Below, one piece after another: positions 1-13,200 of a stretch of DNA of 64,000 bases (the stretch's first letter is position 1; every line of letters starts with the position of its first letter). Made by a program: the position numbers and the translations under genes. This DNA comes from Chiloscyllium plagiosum. Taxonomy: Eukaryota. A model generated the notes under the pieces. The model saw only the letters and a list, made by a program, of their open reading frames with translations, was not told the origin of the DNA and ran no database searches. The DNA is taken from NCBI RefSeq assembly GCF_004010195.1, contig NC_057718.1, positions 30,324,045 to 30,388,044 on the forward strand, read 5' to 3'.

Positions 1-210
1 GAAAAGCACAGCAGGTCAGGCAGCATCCAAGGAGCAGGAGAATCGACGTTTCGGGCATAAGCTCTTCTTCAGGAAGGCCTTCTTGAAGAAGGGCTTATGC
101 CCGAAACGTCGATTCTTCTGCTCCTTGGATGCTGCCTGACCTGCTGTGCTTTTCCAGCAACACATTTTTCAGCTCTGATCTCCAGCATCTGCAGTCCTCA
201 CTTTCTCCTC
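1..210. mobile_element. Palindromic pair of Penelope-like element ends (family A) with hammerhead-like cores
   Basis: 1-77 is a near-perfect reverse complement of 78-154 with no loop. Each arm has (c/t)tgaaga-ag(g/a)gcttatgccc-gaaacgtc. The same family recurs at 330-449, 3355-3422, 38964-39087 and 50121-50199. The left arm is cut by the window edge. Confidence 0.8.
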
Positions 211-770
211 CTTGAAATAAGGGCCAACACTCCATTAGACTTCCTAATTTTTGTTGCACCTGAGTGTTTTATTGCATTTTGTGCACACGTACCCCCAGAT
301 CCCTTTCTGCAGTTTTTATCCATTTAAATCAGTCCTGATGGAAGGTTCTGACCTGAAAAGTCGACTCCTCTGCTTCTGATGCTACTTGACCTACTGTGCT
401 TTCTCTAGCTCCACTCTGACTTTCCAGCATCTCAAGTCCTCACTATCTTCATTTAAATAACATTGTGCTCTATTGTTCTCCCTTTCAAATGAACAACGTC
501 ACATTTTCCCAAATTATACTGCATTTGCCAATTTTTTGCCTACTTAGTTAAAAACTAATATCTCTTTGTAAACTGGTTGTATCCCTCTTGCACCTTGCCT
601 TTCTGCTTATTTTTGTATCGTCTTTGGCCAGAGTATTTGGCTGCAATGCATTCATAAGTCATTAATAAATAAACAGCTGTAGTCCCACCAATCCCTGTGG
701 AACCTCATTGATTACAGGTCACCAACCTGAAAAAGAACCCTGTTATCAATTTGCTTTTCTGACATCCAAT
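211..770 (-). mobile_element. Old CR1 LINE fragment, interrupted by the PLE-end insertion at 330-449
   Basis: Degenerate antisense CR1 RT-region words (cacattttccc...ctgcatttgcca), similar to other minus-strand CR1 copies in the window. Confidence 0.5.
330..449 (+). mobile_element. Degenerate PLE end (family A)
   Basis: Similar to 82-210; flanked by the direct repeat catttaaat (321-329, 450-458). Confidence 0.65.
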
Positions 771-1082
771 CCTGCCTCAGTTTTGTCTAGTTTAGCATTG
801 AGAAGACCAAAAAGTTCACCTGCAGTCTTTACCACATCATCTCTATCATGGCTGCTAAATCCGTACCATACCCAACCACTGTGTCCGGTTGAACAAGAGT
901 CGTTGTACCCTTTGTGTCCTTTTTCAGTCAGCTGAACTTCTAACACTAAATTCCCTCCATCACAAACGCTACCTAGTTCTGCCTGTTTGACTCCACTAGA
1001 CTATGCCCAATCTTAAGTCACTTGCTGCTGAAACCATTGCCTATGCCATTGTTAGCTCCAATCACAACAATTCCAATAGTCA

Positions 1083-1226
1083 ATAAAAACCAAAAGAACT
1101 GCAAATGCTGTAAATCAGAAACAAAAGCAAAAGTTGCTGGAAAAGCTCAGCAGATCTAGCAGCATCTGTGAAGAGAAATCAGAGTTAATGTTTCGGGTCC
1201 AGTGCCCCTTCGTCAGAGCTTTCCAG
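1083..1226 (-). mobile_element. PLE-end unit (family B) with hammerhead core and 14 bp TSD
   Basis: Minus strand reads ctgacga-aggggcactggaccc-gaaacatt. Flanked by aattccaatagtca at 1069-1082 and 1227-1240. Homologous to the 3' end of the PLE at 62060-62520. Confidence 0.75.
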
Positions 1227-1314
1227 AATTCCAATAGTCACCTAGCTGGTTTTCCACCCTGAAACTCTAGAAGATTGGACTCTAGGGTTTTCTACTGCTT
1301 ATTTCCGATCCTTC

Positions 1315-1882
1315 ATTGCATTGGTTGGACCACTTTTGGAATATTGCGTGCAGTTCTGGTCTCCTTCCTATTGGAAGGATGTTGTGAAACTTGAAAGGGT
1401 TGAAAAAGATTGACAAGGATGTTGCCAGGGTTGGAGGATTTGAGCTTTAGGGAGAGGCTGAATAGGCTGGGGCTGTTTTCCCTGGAGTGTTGGAGGCTGA
1501 AGGGTGACCTTCTAGAGGTTTATAAGATCAGAAGGGACATGGATAGGATATATAGACAAGGTCTATTCTGAGGGGTGGGGGAGTCCAGAACTAGAGGGCA
1601 TTGTTTTGGGGTGAGAGGGGAAAATATAAAAGGGACTTAAGGGGCAACATTTTCACACAGCGGGTGGTACATGTTTGGAATGAGCTGCTGGAGGATGTGG
1701 TGGAGGCTGGCACAATGATTCTATGATCCTATGAAAAGGCATCTGGCCTTTATATGAGTAAAAAGGGTTAAGAGGGATATGGGCCAAGTGCTGACAAATG
1801 GGACTAGACTTGGTTTGGATATCTGGTTGGCATGGACTGAAGAGTCTGTTTCCATGCTGTACATCTCTGTGACTATATGACT
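1315..1882 (+). mobile_element. CR1/HER1-type LINE 3' fragment
   Basis: Encodes degenerate LEYCVQFWSP ORF2 C-terminus; ends in the tail gtctgtttccatgctgtacatctctgtgact shared with other copies. Confidence 0.85.
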
Positions 1883-2689
1883 CACCTTTGCTGTCATATT
1901 TTGCTTCATGGTTCCTCAAGATTAACATTTTCATCATATATTTAGATTTATTTTCGACCTTGTCTTTCTGTCAAAATGTTTTTCAGAGGAGAAGCATTAT
2001 GAATTAAAGGGAAAGATTGTAACTTAGTTATGTAATTACCTGATAATGGAGGCAGTGAGCCATGGTGACAAACTGTAATTGGACTGAAATAACCAGTGCC
2101 GTAACCCAGGGTCTGTGTTGAGATTATTACCTTTCTTATGCAACTGACCTGGTGTATGCAGTAGAGTTTTGGGATTGAGAATTATGGAAAAAAGGGGACC
2201 AGGATAATCAAACATTCCACAGGGTCACAGACAGCTTGGTAGAATGGGCAGGTACTGCAGATGAAAATTAATGCAGCTAAGTGTAAAGAAGCCCACTTTG
2301 CAAGAAACAAAATGAAGAGACAGCATAACCTAAAGATACTATTTTGAAAGAGATATAAGGGCAGGAGTATGTTCACAAATCTTTGAAGGTGGTATGTCAA
2401 TTTGATAAGGGTTATAAGAAGGCTTATGAAGTATTTGACTCTATATAGATACATTAAATGCAAAACAAAGGAAATCCACATCACTCATTAAAGCTCAGTA
2501 TCATGTGCAATTCTAGACACTTAGGAGGGACAGCAAAGTCTTGGAGATAAGATCAACAAAGACGCCAGGGATAAGAAACTTTAGTTATGCAGAACACCTG
2601 AATCAACCAGTATTCCTCTCCCTAGAGCATTCCATTAAGAATGAATAAAGGCTAAGACATCTTAAAATCTGTTCAAAGGATGTGATCAT

Positions 2690-3790
2690 TGCTAATTAGA
2701 CCATCCATTAATGCTTTGAAGAAAGTGGTGGTGAGCTACCTTCTTGAACCACTGCTGTCCTTGTGACCTAAGTGCACCCACTGTGCATTCAGAAAGGGAG
2801 TGGTGAGTGAGTGGCAATATAGTTTCAAGTCAGGATATTCTCCAACTTGCAAGGCATTTTGCAGGTGGTTGTGTTGCCATACGTCTGCTGTACTCGTCCT
2901 TCTTAGTAGATGAGTTCAGGATTTTGGAAGATTTAATTGATGGAGCATTGGAGAAATGCTGCAGTGCACCTTTTAGATGGTCCACATTGCTGTCACTGTG
3001 TGCAAGTGGTGAAGTGGTATTGCATCCACAAACAATTTAGTGAGCCGTGCGGGCCACTTAGTTCTGGATAGTATCAAGCTTTTTGAATGGTATTGAAGTT
3101 GCAGTCATTCAGGCAAGTTGGGGATATTTCATTACACTTCTGTCTTGTGCCTTGAAGATGATTGACAGGTTTTGGGAAGTTAAGAGGTGAGTTGCTTGCT
3201 TCAGGCTTCCTAGTCTCTTAGTTGCTCTTATAGCCACGTTATTAATACGGCTAGTCTAGTCCAGCTTCTGGTCAATGACAAACACAGATGTTGAAAGTGG
3301 GGGATTTAGTGATGGCAAAGCCGTTGAATGAGTCAGTGAAGTTATGGATCTGGAAAAAGCACAGCAGGTCAAGCAACATCAGAGGAGCAAGACAATTGAC
3401 ATTTCAGGTCGGAATCTTTCAGGGGAGATCGCTAGTTTCTCTTGTTGGAGATGTTGATTCTCTGGTACTAGTGTGGTGTGAATATTACTTGGAATCTGTA
3501 AGCCCAAGCCTGGATATTGTCCAGGTCTAGTTGCATTTGGACATGGATTGCTTCAATATATAGAGAGTCAGGTTATGCAACCATCAGTGAACATCCCCCC
3601 ACTTCTTACGTTATTGAAAGAGAGGAGGAGGGAAGCTGATGAACCAGCTGAAGAACTAGCTGAAAATAGTTGAGTTTTGGGATACTACCTTAAGGAACTC
3701 TTGCAGAGATGTTCTGGAACTCATATGACTGACCTTCAATAACCACAACCATCTTTCTTTTGTGCACTTTGAGTCCAGTCAGCTGGAGAC
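2690..3790 (-). mobile_element. Old CR1-clade LINE fragments (same family as 18190-20830) with a PLE-end fragment at 3355-3422
   Basis: gaagaaagtggtggtgagctaccttcttgaaccactgctgtcc is the reverse complement of the 3' end at 20745-20800. Downstream sequence matches the antisense RT region. Confidence 0.6.
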
Positions 3791-4413
3791 TAATGATGTG
3801 AAGTGATATAGCAATAATGTGGGAATATAGCATTGAAGAGGTGGTCAGCCATGATGCTGAATGGTAGGGCAGGTTTGATGGGTTGAATAGCTTACTTACT
3901 TTGGCATCTGGGTCAGTTAACAGAGGTAATAAACGTGAATTAACTGGCAAAAAATTAAAAGGGGAACTTGGAGCATTTTCACACAGTGCTTTGTTATAAT
4001 TTAGAAGGTCTTACAAAAAATCTGATTCCTTAGGAACCAGATTCCATAGAAATTTTAAAAGGTCATTAGACATACACTTCAAGAACTCATTTGCAAGGTA
4101 AAGGAGATAAAGGTTTGGTATAGGACTAAACTGCTGAACTGTCCAAAGATTTGGTAAGAATTTCGTAGACTAATTGACTTCCTGTGATACAAGGATTTAA
4201 AGGTGGAATTTATTGGGCTTTCCTTATAACATGAGCATTTAATTGGTGGCTGAGTGGTAGGTGTGTACATGTTTGTTTTGGCCTCCACCCTGATTATGGG
4301 ATGGGAATAAACAGCCTTCCTGCCCAACTACCGACTGAGCCCCTTCAGTGAAGAATGAAATTGCACTGAAGGGCCTTATCCTATCACAGCTGGTATTCAC
4401 CCTATTATGCAAC

Positions 4414-5250
4414 GGGACCTTGAACAGATGGACCAATGTGCTGAGGAGTGGCACGTGTAGTATAGTTTTGATAAATGTGAGATGCTGCATTTTGGAAAGG
4501 CAAATTAGGCAGGACTTATACACTTAATGGTAAGGTCCTGGGTAGTGTTGCTGAACAAAGAGACCTTGGATTGCAGGTTCATAGTTCTTTGAAAGTAGTG
4601 TCACTGATCGATTAGATAGTGGAGAAAGTGTTTGATATGCTTGCCTTAATGGTTAGTGTATTGAGTATAAGAGTTGGGAGGTCATGTTGCAGCTGTACAG
4701 GATGTTTGTTGGACCACTGTTAGAATACTGTGTGCAATTCTGGTCTATTCTGGCTGTTGTGAGATTTGAAAGTGTTCAGAAAAGATTTAATAGGATGTTG
4801 CCAGGGTTGGAGGGTTTGAGATTTGCGAGAGGCTAAGTAGACTGGGATTATTTTCCCTGGAGTATTGGAAGCTGAGATGTGGCCTTATAGAGATTTATAA
4901 AACCATGAAGGGCATGGATAGGGTAAATGTACAAGGTCTTTTCCCAGGGGTGGGGGAGATCAAAACTCGAGGGCATAGGTTTGAGGTGAGAGGGGAAAGC
5001 TTTAAAAAGGACCTAAGGGAAAACATTTTCACAGAGAGTGATGTGTATATGGAATGAGCTGCCAGAGAAGTGGTGGAGGCTGGCTAAACAACATTTAAAA
5101 GGCATCTGGATGAGCCTATGAATAGGAAGTGTTTAGAGGAATGTGGACCAAATGCTGGCAAATGGGACAAGATTTATTTTGGATGTCTGGTCAGCATGGG
5201 TGAGTTGCAATGAAAGGTTTGTTTCTTTGTTGTACATCTCTATGACTCTG
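4414..5250 (+). mobile_element. CR1/HER1-type LINE, 5'-truncated
   Basis: Degenerate post-RT ORF2 (KCEMLHFGKAN, LEYCVQFW) and the HER1-type tail ending tacatctctatgactct. Confidence 0.85.
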
Positions 5251-5367
5251 TGCATACAAGGGAGGGGATGTGAAGGGCTAGGGATGTATGATGGTGCTGA
5301 GAGTTCCTCTCCTGCCCTTTCGAGTGACCCCCACCGTTTACGGCCATAACACTGTGAACACAGTTTG

Positions 5368-6640
5368 ACATAGAAACAGAACAAAAAGGAGCAAGAGTAG
5401 GTCATTTGACCTTTTGAGCCTGTTCTGCCATTCAACATGACTGTGGCTGATAATACAAATCTGTACCCTGTTCCTGCTCTCTATCCTTTAGCCCTAAGAA
5501 CCATATGTAATGTTGTGAAAATATTCAATGGCTAAAACTGCTTGCTGTGGGAGAGTATATCACAGGCTTACCACTCTCTGGGCAAAGATATTTCTCCTAT
5601 TACTGTCTTGAATGGCCTACCCCACAGCCTGAAACTGTGACCTCTGGTTCTGGACTCCCCAGTCATTTAAAATGTCCTTTCTGTATTTACTCTGACTCGT
5701 CCTATTAGAATTTTATAGGTTTCAATAGATTGCTCGGCCCACTTCTTCTAAACTCCAGTGAACTCTTGACCAATCTAGTCTCTCTTCGTACACCAGTCCT
5801 GCCCTTCCAGGAATCAGTCTGGTATACCTTTGTTGCCGAACCTAAAGAAGATGTTGCAGCTATGAAAACATAGCCACACCATCCTTTCTTAGGGAGGTGA
5901 CCAAGACTGTACTTCAGGTGTAATCTCACCAAGGCCCTATACAACAAGGTATTTGTGCTCTTGTACTTGAATTCCCTTCCGATGAAAGCAACATACCTTG
6001 TGCCTTCACTGCCTAATGCACCTGCATGGTTACTTCCAGTGACTGATGTTCAAGGGCACCCAGGTTTCTCACTTTCCCAATCTATTGCCATTTTTTGTGA
6101 ACAATGTGGATGACCTCACATTTCTCCACATTATATGTCATCTGTCATGCACTCAACTTGTCAAAGTCACATTGCATCTCTGCATCTTCCTCAATATTCA
6201 CCCTCCCACCCTGCTTTGTGTACCTGCAAACTTGGAGGTATCACATTAAGTTGCCTCATCTAGATCATTAATATATGGGGTGCGCACTGATCCTTGGTTC
6301 CCCCACCAGTCACTGGCTACTATTCAAAATATCAGATTTATTCCTTCTCTTTTTTTTTCCTGTCTGCCAACCAGTTCTCTATCCACATCAGTACACTGTC
6401 CCAAATCCCATGTTGCATGCTAGTCTCTTACGTGGGACCTTATCAAAAGCCTTATGAAAGTCCAAGTAAATCACATCCACTGGCTTCATCTTCTCAATTG
6501 TTCTAGTTACATTTTCAAAAACATTTCAGTGTGAGTTGATCGTCAAGCATGAGTTTCCTTTCATAAATCAATCCTGACTCTGTCCAAACCTGTCACCATT
6601 TTCCAAGTATTCTGCTATTAAATCTTTTACAATCAATTTT
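5368..6640 (-). mobile_element. Older CR1 LINE, 3' about 1.3 kb
   Basis: Begins with an antisense CR1 tail (gagcctgttctgccattcaac). Antisense LYRALVRLHLKY (ORF 5705-5947) and DFHKAFDKVP (cttatcaaaagccttatgaaagtc) motifs. Confidence 0.8.
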
Positions 6641-7197
6641 TCCCACCATCACTCACCTATGTTTGGGTGGTTGGTATTCCACTTGAATGGGATTAGTGGA
6701 GACAACCCTGCTCATTGACTGCCAGGCAAGACTTTTACCTCCTGATATTCTAGATCTTGGCAAGGGCTCGCAGCTACTCACTTAAATGTCTAATTGGTGC
6801 ATAATGTGGTGGATCTTCCCCAAAAGACACAACACGCAGAGCGCTGGTGGGCAAGTGACTCATTTACTCCATTAAATACTGCCCTATGATTTTAATCCTT
6901 TGAAAATTATGTTGCTCCAATTCTGACCAATTCATGGTTTGGTGTCGAATTTTGACTGATTATATTTCTGCCGAATTATAGGCTGTATTCAAGACACCAT
7001 GTAGTGATTATTGTTGAGACATGGTCACATTTACAATATCTACTGCCAGTGTTAATTTGCTCTACTCTGGTTTTGTTCTTTCATGCAATGGACTGGCCAG
7101 TATTTCTTGCCCATCTTTAACAGCCCTTGTCCAAGTGGTGGTCAGCTGTCTTCTTGAACTGCTGCAGTCCATTTTGTTGCAAGTGAATTTTTTTTTA

Positions 7198-7504
7198 AGA
7201 TTACTTGCAGTGTGGAAACAGGTCCTTCAGCCCAACTAGTCCACACCAAACCTCCGAAGAGCAACCCACCCAGACCCATTCCCCTGCATTTACCCCTTCA
7301 CCTAACACTATGGGCAATTTTAGCATGGCCAATTCACCTAACCTGCACATTTTTGGACTGTGGGAGGAAACCAGAGTACCTGGAGGAAACCCACGCAGAC
7401 ACAGGGAGAATGTGCAAACTCCACACAGACAGTTGCCTGAGGCGGGAATTGAACCCGGGTCTCTAGCGTTGTGAGGCAGCAGTGCTAACCACTGTGCCAC
7501 CCGT
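7198..7504 (-). mobile_element. HE1-type V-SINE
   Basis: tRNA-derived head (tggcacagtggttagc A-box, ggttcaattcc B-box), V-domain (gtgtggagtttgcacattctccc) and CR1-derived tail. Inserted in an older LINE 3' end (about 7060-7700). Confidence 0.9.
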
Positions 7505-8576
7505 CTAAAATGCTCCATACTATTAAGAAGGCAGTGTTAGTTTCATTACCAAGCACAGTGGAAGATTGGTAGTGTTCTTCTAAATCAGGACTGCATGTGG
7601 CTTGAAAGAAGAACTTACTGTTAATGATATATTTCTGTGTGTTTATGCCCTAGTGACCCCTACCTCCTGGAGGGGCAAGTTTTGTAGATGCTGTCAAACG
7701 TATGAATGTAAAGGTAAAATCACCATAGTCTTACCAGACCACAAGGTTGCTCTCTCATTAGAGAGAGACAAATGGTGATGATTTAAACTGAGGGTCACCA
7801 TGCCTGTGGCGCAAGAGAGGATGAGAAGGACAATCCTTACTGGTTACCTCAGTTATTGTGTGTAGGAATTGTTAATGGAATAAGTTGAATGGGCATAGCA
7901 GGTTTGCTTTTATGAGGTACTGTATTTATCAATATTAATCTGGGTATGTTGCGTACTTCTTCTATTCATTTAAATTATTGCAAAGAAAATAAGTTTTCAT
8001 TAGGCTTAATTTGAGTTTATTGAAGAGGTGTTGTCATCTGTGTCAATATTTGTTAAGTTAACAATTTTGTTTTGCCTTTTACAGCTAATTTGTGTATAAA
8101 AATGTGGTCAGTACACCTCTGGCATGATATTAAATATGAACATAAAATGGTTAATTATAACTGAATTAGTCTTTTTTTTCAAAAATAATCATACAGCCAT
8201 TTGTTTCTCAATATTTGAAAATCTAATGTCTAATGTTTTAGTGATTTTTTAAAAAAATGACACATTGTTGCATATCAAATTATGCCTCGTAACTTAAGGT
8301 CTAAACCTGTCCCAAAAATTCTGGGTTCTAACTTTTGTTTTCTCAGAATTGACTCTGAGCTGAATTTGGAGGGTGTAGTTACTGTCTGTATGAGTACTGA
8401 ATTTCCCAAGTATGCATCAGCGTTCTTCAGCTTTGTGAATCTGTCTGTGTGAAGAATGAGATTTTTGAGTACAGACCTATTGTGTCCTTCGGAAAACGTA
8501 TTGATTTCCTTGTGACTTTCTTTATTGCAATTGAGTTCAATTATTGCATTTTGAAGTGGGTAATCTTTAATTATCA

Positions 8577-8732
8577 TAAAACAAAGAACTGCGGATTCTG
8601 AAGATCAGAAACAGAAATTGCTGGAGAAATTCAGCAAGTTTGGCAGCATCTGTGGTGAGAAAGCAGAGGGAATTGAGACATTAACTCACTTATTTCCACA
8701 GATGCTGAGTCTCTCCAGCAATTTCTAATTTT
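8577..8732. mobile_element. Fold-back PLE-end unit (family B) with 14 bp TSD
   Basis: Inverted arms agaaattgctggaga/tctccagcaatttct and cagcatctgtgg/ccacagatgctg. Flanked by atctttaattatca at 8563-8576 and 8733-8746. Confidence 0.7.
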
Positions 8733-9759
8733 ATCTTTAATTATCACCTGTTTTGTGTTGACAGAATAGCGCCATTGTAACCTGTTTTATTAAGTTAGAA
8801 AACATAAACAATCTCTCTCAGAGGTAGAAATTCAATTAAAGTTCACCCAGTTTATTAGTGTCAATATACTAGTTGCATGGTTGGGATTTGAAGAGTTATT
8901 TCTTTGCCCCTTTGAATTGTACATAATATTCATAATATTTTGGGCAAGGACGTGGTTGCAAGAGTCCAGGCAAAATTGGGAATGTTTCTGGTTTGCCACT
9001 TTGCCTATAATATCTTGAGAAACATAAGCCTGCCAAGCCTCAAAGAAGATGGTGCAGCAAGTAAGGCTTTATGCAGGATGATGATTTGTAACAGATATCT
9101 TCATATGGCAGTGTGTAGGAAAGTTGCTATTCAATGAACAACTAGTCACTGATCTCTGTTACCTGCAATAACTACTTTAAATAGACATAGGCTCAGACCT
9201 GATTTTCTCAGTCAGAGTCATAATAATAGTTTCTTGATCACTATACCAAAAACCTAATTCATTTTTTAAGAATCTCATTTTTATCTATTTCTGCTATAGT
9301 AGAAATATTTTAAATATTATATTCTCTGTAATTATCATAACTAGCATAATTTTTGATGAATCTACAGCAGGCTTTGATAGTTTTTCAATATTGATTTGGC
9401 CAAATCTGTACACAGTATTGTGACCTAAGCAAAGTTTTAGGTGAATTCAGCATCACTTCTGTATACTTATACTCTATGCCCTATATGTGAAATTCCTATT
9501 GCTACGGTCTTTTTAATGGCTTTATCTACCTATGCCCACACTTTGAATAAGTTATTTATTTAATCCTTTGTGTGTCTCTGTCCATCTACAGCTGTTCATG
9601 GATAGATTATGTCATCTCTATAAGATCTTCCCAATAAGCTCTTTCAGTTAAAAGCAAATCTTCTTTTACAGCATTCTCTAACTACCTCTATTCTTGACGT
9701 TGATCCAATTGCTGCAGCTTGATTTCTTCCTTTTTATAGGGTTCCTCAATAAGACACCA

Positions 9760-9975
9760 TGCTGAGCCGGAAGTTTCATTTTCAGATGTTTCGTCACCAT
9801 ACTAGGTAACATCATCAGTGAGCCTCCAGTGAAGCACTTGTGGTATGGCCTGCTTTTTATTTGTGTGTTTAGGTTTCCTTGGGTTGATTTCCTGTGGTGA
9901 TGAAACATCTGAAAATAAACATTCTAGCTCAGTGAGAACCTCAACCTGAGCTACAAATCTTCTCAAAATTCGCTA
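9760..9975. mobile_element. PLE ends (family C) in inverted arrangement, with hammerhead core
   Basis: Minus strand reads tca-ctgatga-tgttacctagtatggtgac-gaaacatc-tga (9783-9821). An inverted partial copy lies at 9896-9930. Related to 52363-52462 and 57536-57837. Confidence 0.7.
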
Positions 9976-10474
9976 AGCTTAGCATGGATTTTGTCACCTC
10001 AGTCTGGTTGTTCTAGAGGAAACTGCCAATCTGTTCATTCATTTGAAGTACCACATTAGTTTGTCAGTGGTGTGCTTTTCTTAGACCTTGTTGCTAAGGC
10101 AATCATGAACCCTCAGTCACCCAGATTTGTTGGACAAATAATTGTGACATGGTACACATCTTGAAAAGCAGACATTGAAGGTCCAACTAGGACCTGAATA
10201 ATAGTTTGCGTAATCCTATGATGAAAATTCCAAATAAGCCGAATGCAGAGAATATAATAATTTTTCCTTTGTGTGTGTTGTGTAATTATGTTGGAACTTA
10301 TAGCCACATAAGAGTACGCTTTGGACCAGATTCTACTGCTCTGTAAAACTTTATAACTTTGCAAGCTGCCTCAAAGGCAAGGCAATCAAAAAATACAGAT
10401 AACTTGTTTAGGGAACAGGATGTCAGTTGCTTCATAAAATCTGTGCTGCAGGCTTGACTAGAAAAGAAACCCTG

Positions 10475-10760
10475 CAGTATGGAAATATGCTATTCAGCCC
10501 ATCGAGTCTAAACAGAGCCTCCAAAGAACGTCCCACCCTCTCTATTCTATCCCTGTAAGCCTGCATACTATGGGCAATTTAGCATGAACAATCCATCTAA
10601 CCTGCACTTCTTTGGAATGTGGAAGGAAACTGGAGCACCTGGCAGAAACCCACGCAGACACAGAGAAAGTGCATACTCCACACAGACAGTCGCCTGAAGG
10701 TGGAAGGAACTTGGGTCCTTGGTGCTATGAGACAGCAATGCTAACCACTGAGCCACTGTT
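10475..10760 (-). mobile_element. HE1-type V-SINE (diverged)
   Basis: Head, V-domain and tail are all recognisable by similarity to 7198-7504. Confidence 0.85.
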
Positions 10761-12639
10761 CTGTTAATGAATGTGACTGACATCCAAGAAGTGCAAAAGT
10801 CAAAACTTTTGTAATTTTTATAACCACTGGCTGTGCCATGCCTGTGGAAGATTTTAGCTGCTGTTTGCATTGGATGGTGTACCTAAGTACATCATAGCCA
10901 GATTGTGAATCTCACCTGGGCAAGCTCTGAACTTGTAACATTCTGTGACTTGTCCCCCAAAGTATTTCACAGCAAATTAAGAACATCTGAAAAAATTCCA
11001 TTCAGGGAAACATTGTGGTTAGTTTGTGTTCATAAAGGTCTGATAAACAACCCAGATAATGCTTTGTTTTCAGTGATGTTGCCAGGGAGTCAGGAAAATA
11101 CAAAATCAAAATACTGCTAATACAGTACTGGATGTGTGAAATAAAACTGGAAAATGCTGGAAATCCTAAACAGGACAGGCAACATCAATGTAGAGAAAAT
11201 GAAAATATAAGTTTGCCTGTATTTGATCTTCCATCAAAACTCCTGTTTTAATTGAAGTAATAAAAGGCTTCGTCAAAGGTGACATGTCCGACACTATAGA
11301 ACTCCCTCAGTACTGCAAAATATAGTAGCGACAATTTCAGGAACTGCCACCAATAAACCTCACTGCAAGCTGCATACAGTCCTGACTGGAGAGAGATTAC
11401 CATTCATTCATTGCTGTTAACTCAGCAAAGTTGAATTTGCTATATAATACTATAGTGGGAGTTCAAGAAATTGGCCTAACAATCACCACTTCAGAGCAAC
11501 TAGTGACCGGGCAGTAAATGCAACTTTGCCAGTAGTGTTCATGTTCCAAGAACAGTTTGTTTTAAAACAGGGAGATTCCCGCGAGGAGGCAAATTCTGGT
11601 ACTCCAGATTAGGGCAGTTGCTCCAAAGATACCCCTTGCAAAAAGAGCAGAATGAGCACAAGAACAAAAGAATTCCCTTCAAAGTATTAAGATAGCATTC
11701 TTTGAAAGTAATTCAGTAAGCAACAAAGACCAGCTGGAACTATACATTGGTTTATCCAAATGGGCAAGTGAAGTAGTGATGACTAGTAGAAACACTAGTA
11801 AATAGCACCGAAGAGAAATTCTATAAAAGTTTGAAAAACATTTATAGCTTCCTGAATGATGTCCAGAAATTCTACCAAACACCTGTATGCGACACTGAAC
11901 TGGAGGGACCCCAATTTGTGGTAAGATACATTTGATCTGCTTGACTTGAAAAAATATCTCAAGGATTGTCTTTTATCCAGTCTTGCCCTTACCAAACTGA
12001 AACTGTGCAACTGACCAACACAAACAATATTTTCCTAAGAAGAGTTACGACATGGGAGATCAAACCCTTCTGCAAATTAAAACCAAACACCCAGAAAAGC
12101 TCATCTTGCCTCGTAATCTTAAAAATGTGTGAATGAAAGAAGATCCCTGATTTCCACTGTATAAATAAAAAGTAACTATTTATTTCACCCTAACAGTGAA
12201 CACTAATCAAAACTATTAACAAATCCGGGCCCCCTTTTCTTAACTAATCACAATCTGTTAGCTGACCACAATTCTTTTAAAATTCTGTTCCATAACACAA
12301 TTAATAATGACAGTAAGTTAGCACTTATTCTCTTAAAGTCCACACAGATGGTCTTCTCTTCCTTCCTCTGCTTCTCGACTCCGCTGTCTTCTCCTAGGTG
12401 GTCTTCTTTCTTTTTACTGCAAGTTTTTTTTTACAGGAAAAGGTACCTTTTGATAGATAGTGCCTTCTGAGAGATTTCTTTTCGAGAGCCCCTTTTCGAT
12501 GTCGTGCTATCTGGTTTGATGGGTAATTAGCTCTCTGGCTTGGTGGCAGTTGCAATAAAAGAGTCCTGAAGTGCTTTACTGGAACATTCCAATGTAAAAT
12601 TAGATGCTTAACCATGTAAGGTGATATTGAACAGATAAC

Positions 12640-13200
12640 CAAAAGCTTGATCAGAGATAGATCTTTTTTTGAGGGGCATCTTAAAAGAAGAAAAAAAAAA
12701 GGTGAAGAACTTTCTGTTGGAAATTCCAGAGTTTAGGGCCTTGAGAGTTGAAAGTGTAGCCACATGTGGTCTATTGCTTATAAACAGGGATTCCCTGAAG
12801 GCTAGAATTAAATGAGAGGAGATATCTCGGAGGGCTGTTGGACTGGAAGAGATGACTAAAGTAGGGAGGGGAAAGGCCAAGAAAAGATTTGGAAACGAGC
12901 AAAGCATTTTGAAATTTGCCAAACAAGCACAGGTGATAAGTAGATGGAACTTGGTGTGAATAAGGACCCAAGCAGCAAAAGTTTTGATTCCCTAGAGTTT
13001 ACAAAGGGTAGAATATAGGAGACCAATCAGCAGCATATTGGAATGATTGACTGAAGAGGTAGGAAAGGCAAGAATGAGGGTTTCAGCAGCAGATAACTGA
13101 GATTGTGTTGTTGAGGGATGTGACGGAAGCAGAAAAAGTTGATCTTAGTAAATGTGTAGCTATGTTGTCAGCTTATCTTGGTGTCAAATGTGATAAGGTT
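12640..13200 (-). mobile_element. L2-like LINE 3' relic
   Basis: Purine-rich antisense words (ggaaattccagagtttagggcc, gcattttgaaattt) that are reverse-complement-like to 35770-36180. Confidence 0.45.

Noticed and set aside
11685..11921. Possible exon ending at TGTG|gtaaga
   Set aside because: In-frame stop or frameshift, and the peptide resembles a decayed RTE C-terminus.
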